Source: Podarcis erhardii (taxonomy: Eukaryota). Taken from it: a stretch of 64,000 nucleotides of DNA. Position numbers and translations under genes: made by a program. The stretch is taken from the NCBI GenBank assembly GCA_964252035.1, contig OZ176200.1; one strand, given 5' to 3'. The notes below the pieces were generated by a model that saw only the letters and a list, made by a program, of their open reading frames with translations, was not told where the DNA came from and searched no databases. How positions within the stretch are numbered: the first letter of the stretch is position 1; every line of letters starts with the position of its first letter. Below, piece after piece: positions 38,941 to 50,430 of this stretch.

Positions 38941-39063
38941 CTGGCTGAGAGATGGCTTCCCAGCTTCTTCTTGGCTTTCCTCATCAGATAGTGGCAGACT
39001 TTTCTCGTCTGCTCCTTCATCCACCTGATATCCTCAGGGACATCTGGCAGCCATTCAAGCAAC
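38941..39063 (-). CDS. PNPLA2: PNPLA2 coding exon 8
   Basis: Not in the ORF track. [40 protein letters not shown](R). Acceptor ccttcag|, donor AG|gtagga. 123 nt, phase 2->2. Confidence 0.95.
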
Positions 39064-39605
39064 CTGAAGGAGACAGGTGACCAACAGGGACGATGTTACG
39101 TAACACAGGCCATTGCTACACTGCAAGCACGAAGGAGCACCAGCCACATTGCAGCTTTGCAAAGGTGTTCTTAAAAACAGCCTGCACAAGGGCGCCTCTT
39201 GTGACAATGGCAAGTATTCACATAAAGAGCATGCCTCCCCTTGCTAGAGTAGACCAGTGACCTTTCTCGTCCAGAATCCCATTTCCCATGGTGGCTAACT
39301 AGGTGTCTATGGGAAGCCCAGATGCAGCACATGAGAGCAAGAGTTTGTTCCTGCTACTGTTTCCCAGTGGCTGATAGCCACCTCTGACCCTGCACATAGA
39401 CCTCATGGCTAGTAGCCATTGACAACCACATGGGAGAGGGTTCTTGGCTTTCAATAAATTCCCTTGGAGTGGATTTTACCCTTGTTTTATTTAGAACCAA
39501 GTCCCACAGAATAGCAAGTTCTTAACGATGCAGATAATACAGCAATCTAGGTCCCAATCACAAGCATTTCCCAAAAGCATATCAGAAACAGGATTTAGAG
39601 CATAC

Positions 39606-39738
39606 CTGACAGTGAAGGAGAGAGCCGACTCCAGAGGAAGAGTGTATGGAAGCATCAAGGTAGAGGCCAGGCGCACAGGCAACAGGTTGGCAATGCCAGT
39701 GAACAATCCCCTCCTCTCAGCACAGGCTTCCAAGAGGG
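39606..39738 (-). CDS. PNPLA2: PNPLA2 coding exon 7 (hydrophobic lipid-droplet-targeting region)
   Basis: (A)[43 protein letters not shown](R). Acceptor tctccag|, donor AG|gtatgc. 133 nt, phase 1->2. Confidence 0.95.
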
Positions 39739-40773
39739 CTGGAGATGGAGACAGTGAGTTATTCCAGTCACCAATTCAATGGGGAAAGCAGAAACTGCCC
39801 CTCTCAATTTTTAGAGGAGAGACATCTGTCCAAAATTTAGCCCTCTTGTGGCTCCAAACATCAGCCCAAAAGGCAAGGAATAAAAATACAGTATAAGACT
39901 TCGCCCAGCTCATGAGAAGCAACCAGAGGGATTTCTATTACTCTTTTTCCCCAGAGAAAGAGACCAAGCCTGCTTTGTTTGCCCCATGCCTCATTTAAAA
40001 GGTAGTATTCACTATAGAACTTGAATGCCTCTGAAACCTTCAATTCTGTTGGGCTGTATGAGTTAGCAACATGTTATTGCCAGGGCCCTGAAGGCCCTGC
40101 AGTTCAAAAAAACAGCATTAACTTGTAATTTCTCAATGCAGGTGTAGGTTTGAAATGAAGTGAGGGACTTCACATGCTACAACAGGAGTGGGAATTGGAA
40201 ACACAAGTCACCAACATTTTAAAAGCAATTACTGGATGTTCAGACTACTTTGAAGATCCACAAAATCTCTCTAGCCATAAACATGCATCTACTACTAAGC
40301 AGGGGGACCAAGAGGTTTGTTATAGGCGGGAAGATTGTGTCAATTCTAGAGCTGGCAGCAAATCACTTTATTCATCTCTCCTCAACACTGATCCCCATCT
40401 TATCTGTCTACAGGCATTTCCAGACAATTTTGCTGGTTTTTATGCTTCTGTGTCCACTATCCGTTATCTCATGAGTCACCTAAGAGAAGTTCCAATAGGA
40501 AAATAAAAAACTATAGCCAGACCCTAAATCAAGGCAGGCAGCCTGTTCTTCTCAGATACCAACTTTACTGGGCAGTGGAGGTTGGAACCAGAGTTTCAAG
40601 TCAGTGCTGTGCACCAGCTTCAGAATTTCCACATGCATATGTGAACACATGCACACTTTCAAAACATTGCTCAGTACACTTGTGTTATTAATGGGAAATA
40701 GAGATTTTCTGAAGTCCTGCGATATGTCTGCAGGGGGCCATGGAGCAAATTGTATCCCCTTACATTAGCCATA

Positions 40774-41127
40774 GGGATGCAGGTGGCGCTGTGGATTAAA
40801 CCACAGAGCCTAGGACTTGCCGATCAGAAGGTCGGCAGTTCAAATCACCACGACGGGGTGAGCTCCCATTGCTTGGTCCCAGCTCCTGCCAACCTAGCAG
40901 TTCGAAAGCACGTCAAAGTGCAAGTAGATAAATAGGTACCGCTCCAGCGGGAAGGTAAACGGTGTTTCCGTGCGCTGCTCTGGTTCGCCAGAAGCGGCTT
41001 AGACATGCTGGCCACATGACCTGGAAGCTGTATGCCGGTTCCCTTGGCCAATAAAGCGAGATGAGCGCCGCAACCCCAGAGTCAGCCACGACTAGACCTA
41101 ATGGTCAGGGGTCCCTTTACCTTTACC
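40774..41127 (+). mobile_element. Full-length Sauria SINE
   Basis: tRNA-like head (A box TGGCGCTGTGG), core gtgcaagtagataaataggtaccgct and (acctt) tail. Perfect 13-bp TSD tacattagccata at 40761-40773 and 41128-41140. Confidence 0.88.
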
Positions 41128-41562
41128 TACATTAGCCATACTGCCCACCCTGTGTATTTCATGTATTCACAGTTTCCTAATTTACCTTTGGACATGGCCA
41201 ATTATGGCCAACTATACAATGAAATCAATTTAACCGTCATGGCTTCCTCCGCAGAGCCTGGAACTTGTAGTTCGACTATGTACCAGGGAAACCAAATCAT
41301 CTGCACAGAACAAAATAAAACGCATGCATATGTGCAGAATGGGAATGTCTATCTTTTAGCCTCTCAACATTCTTTTTTCTTCCGCTTCTCCCGTTTTCTC
41401 CCAACAAAGGAGAACTTGTGGTGGAGGCCCAACATCAGATGCTGCTGAACTACATGTTCCTCACCCCTAGAGCATTATAAAAGCCTCAGCCTAGTCTGTG
41501 TAATGAGGAGAGCCTTGGGTTAGACACAGACACACAGCAGCCTCTCCAACCCAAGATCATAC

Positions 41563-41748
41563 CTTGGTTCAGTTTAGGAGGCAAGTGTTCAAGAATGTGA
41601 TCTTCAGCCTCTGCCAGTGCAGCATTCTCTCTCAGCTGGTCCTCTTCCCCTGCCTCCTCCTCCTCCTCCTCTTCTTCAGCATTCCTCACCCCAGCACCAT
41701 TTTCAATAGCCAGCAAAGGGTTGGTGGGTCTTGGATGATGGAGAAGAC
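41563..41748 (-). CDS. PNPLA2: PNPLA2 coding exon 6 (acidic linker)
   Basis: LLHHPRPTNPLLAIENGAGVRNAEEEEEEEEAGEEDQLRENAALAEAEDHILEHLPPKLNQ. Acceptor ttcctcag|, donor G|gtatga. 186 nt, phase 1->1. Confidence 0.93.
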
Positions 41749-42411
41749 CTGAGGAAGAAGGGAGAAGGAACTGTTGTGCTTCAACCAAAAACTTAATATG
41801 CTTTGCAGATTATCTTTCCTGACAGTGGAGAAAGTGGCAGTCACAGCCAAAAGCCACCTGCTGTCACGGAGGATATCATGTACAATAAGCACTGGGCATG
41901 AAATTGCCACCAAGGCATGTGAAACAGCTGTGCAAGGCAAGAGGGCTTACAAAGCAGAGAGAAATAGCTCCTCAGGAAAAGACTCAGTGGGCATCAATGC
42001 TACACTCTTTTTGGCACCAGGTTAAAACTTATTTGTTTACTCAGACTTTTTTTTTTAAGTGCTAAATTTGTTTTTGGAACTTTTTTAAAAAAAACCACAG
42101 ATATCTTAAAACAATAGATCTATGGTGGATTATGTTTTCCTTCCTTTGTTGCTATAACTGTATACTGCCATCGGATCTGTTTGAATAAAGTTTAGTTTAC
42201 AAATATTTAAAAGAATATTGTAACACGTATGTTGTACATACTGTGTGCTGTCTAATACCTAGAAGTATCGTGCAGCAGAAGTATGTCGTTTCTTGTAAAA
42301 CATGCGCATGGAGGGACATTCAAATGTTAAATCCTGCCCACCAATATACCCCACCTCTGCAGACTGAAGCAACGTAGTTCTAAGAACTCAGTACCACGTG
42401 GTTTATCTATC

Positions 42412-42691
42412 CAGGGACCTCCAACTCCCAATAGTCTGTGATCTACTCACAGTATAAAAAAACTGGCAGTGATCTACTCATTGTCGTAAAAAGACTGGCA
42501 GTGATCTACCCAAAGGTTGTGGAGCTTTTTTTAGGAAGCCAAATTTGGTGGGAGTTTTTTGGTTTTTTGTTGTTGTTTGGTTTTTTGGTTTTTTGTAAGG
42601 AGATCACTGAGGGGCCAGAGATCTACCAGGATCTACCAGGAATACCCCGTTACCTACCAGTAGATTGCAATGTACCTCTTGGACATGCCTG
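42412..42691. mobile_element. hAT-type MITE with gatctac subterminal repeats
   Basis: TIR CAGGGACCTCCAA / TTGGACATGCCTG. No TSD found. Confidence 0.6.
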
Positions 42692-42917
42692 AAGTGGTAC
42701 CTCGGGTTACAAACACTTTGGATTACAGACTCTGCTAACCCGGAAGTAGTACCTCAGGTTAAGAACTTTACCTCAGGATGAGAACAGAAATCGCGTGGCG
42801 GCGGTGCAGCAGCAGCAGGAAACCCCATTAGCTAAAGTGGTACCTCAGGTTAAGAATGGTTTTAGGTTAAGAACGGGCCTCCGGAATGAATTAAGTTTGT
42901 AACCAGAGGTACCACTG
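42692..42917. mobile_element. Tc1/mariner-pogo type MITE, left end clipped
   Basis: Same family. Right end GGTACCACTG+TA is intact. Left end abuts a hAT MITE and lacks the TA. Confidence 0.8.
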
Positions 42918-43840
42918 TATATGCCTACACATTCTGTAAAGTACCATTTGAATTCTAGAACTACTATACATAGCTTCAATAAGAAGTCCCAAGTAGATCC
43001 TTTCACACCTGCAACCATAAGAAATCTTTGGCTGTCACCAATTCAATTTCCTCTCTAATTGCCTTCTCTGGGGTAGCACAGTGGGGTTGCTGAATCATGT
43101 AATATAAGAACATAAAAAGAGCCCTTCTGGATCAGAGCAAAGCCTTAGTTGGTTAAGTATCCTGTTCTCATAGTGCCCAACTGTTGCCTGTAGGAAGCAC
43201 ACAGGCAAGACCTGAACTGCATCAATGTAGTTGTAAGGACAAAAAATACAGTGCACAAGATTGCTGCACTACAGACAGTCACCACAAGGTGGCACTATAG
43301 ACACAAACAGTGTGCTCTGGCCACAGCTCATGCCAGAATAATAGGCAGAGTGCTAGAGAAGCATTGTTATGCTCTTGCACAGCTTCCATTAAATTAATTT
43401 TGTACAGAAGAAGACCCCAGTGGATCATACCCAGTGCCATTTTGCATCTAGGTGATCAAATACAAAATAGACTCTCTTGTCATATCCAACATTTTGCTTT
43501 CATTCAGCGATTTGTGTAGGAGTATGTAAAACCTCTTGGTTTACTCAGAACTTTTCTAATTATGTAGAATGGAAAAGGTGCTCAACCTCAGCTAAGTGGA
43601 AATACAATTGGTAATAATGAAGCTGGCTGCTGCTTAGGTACTATTAAAAATGTTTTCTGCATAGCAACAACTGGTTAGATGGGACAACTGAGGGTTAAGC
43701 ATGGCGGCCAATGGATTTTATGCACAAACAGGACACAAGGAAACTTATAAAGCAGAGAAGAAAAATGTTTTTACACAGTTTTACTTTTGCTAGAAAATTT
43801 GGGTGGGGAGGGAAGGCAAACCCTTTTGCTAAGTGCTTAC

Positions 43841-43901
43841 CATTCTTTTTCAAGAAGTGCAGTGCATCCCTGTATCCTTGCTTGCACATGTCCCGCAGAA
43901 C
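43841..43901 (-). CDS. PNPLA2: PNPLA2 coding exon 5
   Basis: VLRDMCKQGYRDALHFLKKN(G). Acceptor tgtgcag|, donor G|gtaagc. 61 nt, phase 0->1. Confidence 0.95.
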
Positions 43902-44722
43902 CTGCACACAGAGATAAAGGAGAGCCAGTTATGATGATGAAAGCCTGTCTCTAAACATTCCAGTTGGAAGGGCAAGAGGTGCTTGTTTTCTGGTTACAAC
44001 CATTGCTACCCCAACAGTGTTTTCTACTGCAGCAACAAAAGAGGGGGAAAGGGCAGAAAGCAAGAACGGACCAACAGCATTTGTTATGTTGCTAACTAAA
44101 GGAAGAGGCAGGAACACGGAGGAGACATGTTATGGTCTGGGCAATGGCTCTGAATGAACACCCATGGGGGAAGAAAGAAGGCCAACAAAGGAATGTCAAT
44201 CTACACCAACTGAATACAGTCCATAAGCATTTCCAAACAATGCCTAATTGAAGGTATTTTCAGGTGTCTTCATGTTATTCCAACGGGATTAAAAAAGGCA
44301 TTCAGTGCATTCCAAAAGTTTTGAAGGCTTCTTGTCCCATCACTTAAAAAAAACAAGTCAGATTAAATCATAGAATGAACATTTGCCACTCCAAATTAGG
44401 CTACCTGTCAACATCCTCTAAAGAATGGGAGTGGGAGTCCCAAGTTACACACCATATGCCCGTCTCTCAGAAATGGGTGGCACAAACACCACTGAAGCTT
44501 TATGGTTTCTATAGGTGCGTAAGCTCCATCCAACACCAGTGGGACTCACTTCCAAGTAAACATGCACAGTCTTGTGTTAGAAGCATAAGGGCTAAGACAG
44601 ATGAAATGCTCTGATGAAGAATGACTACAATGATTTGTATTTAGAAAGTATATAAATTCAGGTTGCCTGAAGTTCCTTCAAATGAAGAGCCATAAACAAT
44701 GTTTACCATCTATGGAAGCTCA

Positions 44723-45187
<465 letters not shown>

Positions 45188-45294
45188 TCATTGGTGCCTG
45201 GGGAACCAGGAATGGGCTGGATGTGGGCCAAGAAACAGAAGCTGAATCTAGATAAGCAGAGGTGCTGTGGTTGCACAGAGTCCGAGAATCAGCA

Positions 45295-45980
45295 GAACAC
45301 CCTTATTCTGGAAGGGGTTGCCCTTGTTTGCATCCTTTCCTGAATAGAGATAGCCTGGCCACTATTATCCATGCTCTGCTGTCCTTCAGATTAGACTACT
45401 GTCATGTACTCTTTGTAGGACTGCTCTTTCAAAATGGTTCAGAAGTTGCAACTAGTGTAAAATGCAGGGGTCCAGAGTACTAAAACAGCTGCACAGCTTG
45501 CCAATTCTCTTTAGAGCCCAAGTCAAAGTGCTTATGTTGACATTAAAATAAGAGAACTTCTCTTTTACCAACCTACCACCTGGGCCTGAAGATCAGCTAA
45601 GGAGAACCTCCTGATGGCCACTACAACAGAGGTGTTCAGTAGTGTGAGGATCCACAGTACAGCCTTTCCTGTGGCAGCTCCAAAACAATGGAACTATCTC
45701 CCTAATGAGTACTGTAGTGTCTTGCCTACTCTTTCAAGAGGGAGGTGAATACACTCCCCCCCCCCAGGTTTCTGGAGGTTAGGAGGCATAATACACTGAG
45801 GTCAGTGAATGGCACCCATTGTCACCTTACATTATCCTCTGTTATTTTAGTTTGTGCTGAGTTTATTTCATATAGATGTTTTAATTGGCCTCGAAATATG
45901 CATTTTAGCATTTTAGTATGTTGTGCATCCCCCTGTGACTTTATGATAAAGAGTAGTATCAAAATATCTAAATAAAATGA
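45295..45980 (+). mobile_element. Decayed L2 LINE 3' portion
   Basis: Translation LATIIHALLSFRLDYCHVLFVGL matches the L2 ORF2 motif (..HALVTSRLDYCN.L.VGLP). Ends in an A-rich tail. Confidence 0.75.
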
Positions 45981-46809
45981 GTGAGATCCATGGGGTGACA
46001 GCAACCAGTGAAGATCCCTAGGCCTTCTACTGACATACCCACTGCCTACCTACATTAGCTGGAAGGCAAGTACTTCTGAACTATTGCTTTACTTATTAAT
46101 TGTTCGATGCATCTGGCCCAACAGGGCTTCCTGCTTCAGACAGCCGGCTTTTTGCTGTGAGGTATTTGGGAGACTCTTGGGTTGCAATGAGACTGGCTAG
46201 AGACAGAGGTGAAGGCTCTGCTGGCTCTAGCCTTATCTGCATGCATATACAGGGCTAAATATGTTTAATCTAGAGGAGAGGGATGCTTTGAGTTTTGATC
46301 CAAACTAAAATAAGACCAGGGAGAGGTGATGAAGCAGGCACATCTCCAAAACAAGACATACACACCCCCTCCCAGCTGTTATTGTTAACAACATTATGTA
46401 ACAAAAGCAATAAATAAATAAAGCTAGCCGTCTATCGGGGACCTTTTGCCTACATTCCAGTTAGGAACAAACTGTTCATGCCAACCTTCTCCACAAACTC
46501 CACCACTCTGCTTCTACCAGACACTCCTTGAGTTCACAACCTCAATTTGATTTAGTGCCGTTGCAAATGGGCTTTTCTTAATACCACTCAGCCAGACCAG
46601 AATGGAACAGATATCAGGAGAAAAGGAAAAACAAAACCCTTTGGTGCAGCTACCTTTAAACAGTTCACTGTGGCTTGTTCTGAAATGACAATAAACCATG
46701 GCTTACTGCAGGAATAAGTTACAGATAGGTAGCCGTGTTGGTCTGCCATAGTCAAAACAAAACAAATTCCTTCCAGTAGCACCTTAAAGACCAACTAAGT
46801 CAGTTCTTG

Positions 46810-46847
46810 GTATGAGCTTTCGTGTGCATGCACACTTCTTCAGATAC
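46810..46847 (-). ncRNA. Minimal type I hammerhead ribozyme motif (minus-strand copy, sense to PNPLA2)
   Basis: Exact mirror of the plus-strand motif, created by the perfect inverted repeat. Confidence 0.6.
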
Positions 46848-46856
46848 ACAGAAGAA

Positions 46857-46894
46857 GTATCTGAAGAAGTGTGCATGCACACGAAAGCTCATAC
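46857..46894 (+). ncRNA. Minimal type I hammerhead ribozyme motif (plus-strand copy)
   Basis: GTAT-CTGAAGA-A-GTGTGC AT GCACAC-GAAA-GC-T-C-ATAC. Helix I GUAU/AUAC, core CUGANGA and GAAA, 6-bp helix II, palindromic AGCU in place of helix III. Confidence 0.6.
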
Positions 46895-47302
46895 CAAGAA
46901 CTGACTTAGTTGGTCTTTAAGGTGCTACTGGAAGGAATTTGTTTTGCAGGAATAAGCTGATGTGTTTCAGGCTTGCACCATCTTCCTTCCCTTCTTATTC
47001 TCCAACATGGCTACAAGGAAACTGGAAGCCTTAACTTCCAATTTCAATTAACAACAGCTTAGCATACTATTAAAACCCTGAACTGTGGTCAACTGAAACA
47101 AGCCACCGTAATAAAACTATGGTTTGAAGTTTGCTCCTTTTGACAAAGCGTAGTCACAGCGTGTCAGGGTTCAGACATTATGGTTTATTTTCAATAGTAA
47201 AATGGCCAAAAAATAACATAGAAATGATAAGTAACATTAAAAAGTATGTAAACAAGCCTAGCCAGGGTTCAGACATTATGTTTAACTGCAGTTAGTTTAA
47301 GG

Positions 47303-47558
47303 CAGGGGTAGGCAACCTAAGGCCTGGGGGCTGGATGCGGCCCAGTCGCCTTATAAATCCGGCCAGTGGACGGTCTGGGAATCAGCGTGTTTTTACATGA
47401 GTAGAATGTGTCCTTTTATTTAAAATGCATCTCTGGATTATTTGTGGGGCATAGGAATTCGTACATTTCCTCCACCCCACCCCAAATATAGTCCGGCCCA
47501 CCACATGGTCTGAGGGACGGTGGACCGGCCCCCTGCTGAAAAAGGTTGCTGGTCCCTG
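47303..47558. mobile_element. hAT-type MITE
   Basis: TIR CAGGGGTAGGCAACC / GGTTGCTGGTCCCTG. 8-bp TSD gtttaagg / gtttaaga. Confidence 0.8.
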
Positions 47559-48441
47559 GTTTAAGACAACACCTCCTCACAGCCATGCTGTCAGAGAAGA
47601 AAGGGTTTTTTTCAGGAGCTTCTGCCTCACTTCCCTGAGCCATAAGTTGTGGTTTACTGTTATATATGAAATAGTCACATGGGGCTTCTCAGAGAAAGCT
47701 GGGCCAGAGGGTTTTTCCTGCCTTCCCCAGATTTATTGCCCTTTGGCCTGGGTGGTGCTGAGCAATCTCCAATTCCAATGGCACTAAAGTCTAAGAGTTC
47801 AAGGAAAGGGTGCTGCTGCACTGATAGGTTGTGTGTGCTGTGCCCTCAACAAGAGTGCAATTAGCTGACATGCTGGCTTATTTGCTGCTAGACACACACA
47901 CACCACCCTTGATGCCTGAAACAGGACTGCATGAAAACAAATAATCTCAAGTTTGGAAAAAAACAAGAGGAAAAACTCCTGACATAGTGCTACACAGATC
48001 TATTTTCTTAAGGCAATATTGTTGGCACCCTTGTCAGGCACTAGATAAAACACAGCTGCATATAGCAGGGAGTTTCACCACTTTACGCAAGTCATGACAG
48101 ACACATATTAAATACCCATTTTATGATCTGAAGATTATGACTAATACAGACTTTGTGGCTTCAGCATCAAGCAAGATACTCCCCCTCATCCCTGCTCCCT
48201 TTGACTTAATAGCCTGCCTGATGTGTCCCTGGGATGATGACACGATGACTAAAGCTTGTGGCTTATGGCCGTCAGTTCCAACAGGAATGAAAACGAGACA
48301 ATCAGTAGCAAGCCACTTCTTCGGCTTTAGCCCTCTATGTATAATACGGAGACAGTAACAGCCAACCTTGCAAGGATCACAGCGTGACCTCGTACCAATG
48401 CAAACAATTTTGGAAGCCCAAGTCCACAATGGCTTACTTAC

Positions 48442-48507
48442 CACTCCTTGAAGACTGGGAGGGATGAGGCCACAGTACACTGGGATGAAAGTGCTGCAAA
48501 CACATGC
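48442..48507 (-). CDS. PNPLA2: PNPLA2 coding exon 3
   Basis: ACVCSTFIPVYCGLIPPSLQGV. Acceptor tctctcag|, donor GTG|gtaagt. 66 nt. Confidence 0.95.
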
Positions 48508-48729
48508 CTGAGAGAGACAGGAAAACACCACATGAAACCTAAATAACATGCGGGGGAGGATTTATGTATCCAGAGCACCAAGTAAATATCATCTGATGGA
48601 ACAAGTGATAGCTACAAGACAGCCTTTCACCATGAAAACATAGTCAAGTCAGGTGTCCCAGTCCCTGGTGGCTGGGAACCTACAGATTCACATCTAAAGC
48701 AACGAGGCAGTCATCATGTTATTACTTGC

Positions 48730-48962
48730 CTGGATAAGCTCCTCTTTGGAGCTGAACTCCGATAAGATGACATTCTGTCCATCTGAGACCCGCGTCAGCG
48801 AGATGCCCAAGCGTCCACTGGCCACCTCATGCCCGTTGTCTGGCAGGGTCTTGTATAGGCAGGTACGGATGATTTTCACTAAGTTGAAGGAGGGGTGCAA
48901 GGGGCCAAGAAACCTCTTCCGAGCCTCCTTAGAGACATGGATGATGTTTGCACCAGCCTCAC
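48730..48962 (-). CDS. PNPLA2: PNPLA2 coding exon 2 (patatin domain)
   Basis: (G)[77 protein letters not shown] closely matches ATGL. Acceptor gccttag|. Donor is CAG|gcaagt (GC-AG). 233 nt, phase 1->0. Confidence 0.95.
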
Positions 48963-50063
48963 CTAAGGCACAAGAGAACAACGGACGTTAGGAGGGCGCT
49001 GCTGCATGATACTAAGCTAGCAGGCTTTACACGTTAAGGCACTCTAAACAGCAGTTATCTCTGAAATGCAGGTATCACAATGACAGGCGGTTTCAGAATC
49101 ACAAAACTATGGTACTGCCGAGAAAGAGAAACGGACAAAACAGCTCATGGAAGGCTTGTCAGTGACTGAAAGGACAGTTAGAATTTGAGTTTCAGCCTTG
49201 TTATATTCTGTCAGCAAACACTGCTGTTTTAATGATGGTTTTAAAATTACAGAATGGCAATGCCCTTTGTGCCATTTGTAATAGAAATCATGCAATTAAA
49301 TAGTCCTGAGGAGGAAGTACATGGTTCCCCAAACAGGTTGCACACTGCAAGAAGCCGCAGCCACTAAGCAGTTTGTTGCAGCATGCACCCATGTTTCGAA
49401 TGTTGAAATTTTAGTATAGTGAGTAACTTCTGTTTGCCAATCTAGAGCGTCATTGGGAAATGACCTCACTGCCATAAGCCCGTCCCTTATTCCCCACCCC
49501 CCATATCCAGAGTTGTTTACCTTCTCATGCAGTTCCCCCTGCTAACCACAAAAATATACTCAAGGTTAAGTATAAAACAAATCTACCATGTTAGAATAGG
49601 CTATTCTATTTTTTTCTTCTATTACGTGATCACTGGTTTTCAAACTTGGATACTGCACATCTATAGGATACTATCTAATAAAGCAGCCAGCAGGAATTAT
49701 GTAGCTTGACTATGTCTTAGTTCTTGAAACATGGTCTCATCATGAAATCAGCAGCAATCTGGCATATTTGTTCTTGCACCACAAAACCCTACTGCACCAT
49801 ATTCACTACCTCAAAATATTAGTCAAGGAACATTTAAATTGATGCAAATTACGACCAGAAAATCATAAACATTAACTGGAGAATAATTTGTTACTTCTGC
49901 TATGCAGTGGCATGCTCACATGGAATATTTCAGAGCATCTTGGCTGGCCCAGTGCATCTTGGGGAGCTCAGCATTCCAGGTGTAAAAATAATAAAACTTC
50001 TATGATCCCTTACTGGCAGATGAAAGTTAAGTGTCGAAATAAGCCTCCATTGTGGATTTTTAA

Positions 50064-50430
50064 GGTAAAGGTAAAGGTAGACCTGCCCGTACGGGCCAGT
50101 TGTGTCCGACTCTAGGGTTGTGTGCCCATCTCACTCTAGAGGCCGGGAGCCAGCGCTGTCCGGAGACACTTCCGGGTGACGTGGCCAGCGTGACGAAGCT
50201 GCTCTGGTGAGCCGGCACCAGAGCAGCACACGGAAACGCCGTTTACCTTCCCGCTAGAAAGCGGTACCTATTTATCTACTTGCACTTTAGGGGTGCTTTC
50301 GAACTGCTAGGTGGGCAGGAGCTGGGACCGAAAGACGGGAGCTCACCCCGCCACGGGGATTCGAACCGCTGACCATGCGATCGGCAAGCCCTAGGTGCTG
50401 AGGTTTTATGCACAGCGCCACCCGCGTCCC
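50064..50430 (-). mobile_element. Full-length, young Sauria SINE
   Basis: Intact A box and B box (GGTTCGAATCC), CpGs retained, (acctt) tail. Flanked by identical 48-bp repeats at 50016-50063 and 50431-50478. Confidence 0.9.

Larger units (their letters stand above)
46719..46944. mobile_element. Penelope-like retroelement fragment in inverted (hairpin) arrangement
   Basis: Perfect inverted repeat 46758-46847 / 46857-46946. 12-bp direct repeat tgcaggaataag at 46707-46718 and 46945-46956 (TSD). Sequence resembles recalled reptile Penelope pseudo-LTRs (ctgaagaag...cacgaaagct...gtctttaaggtgc). Confidence 0.75.

Noticed and set aside
42455-42510. CRISPR-like pattern: (actggca)gtgatctac repeats separated by short variable segments
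   Set aside because: Only 3 degenerate units with very short spacers, inside a hAT MITE in a vertebrate intron. These are subterminal repeats, and no cas genes are present.
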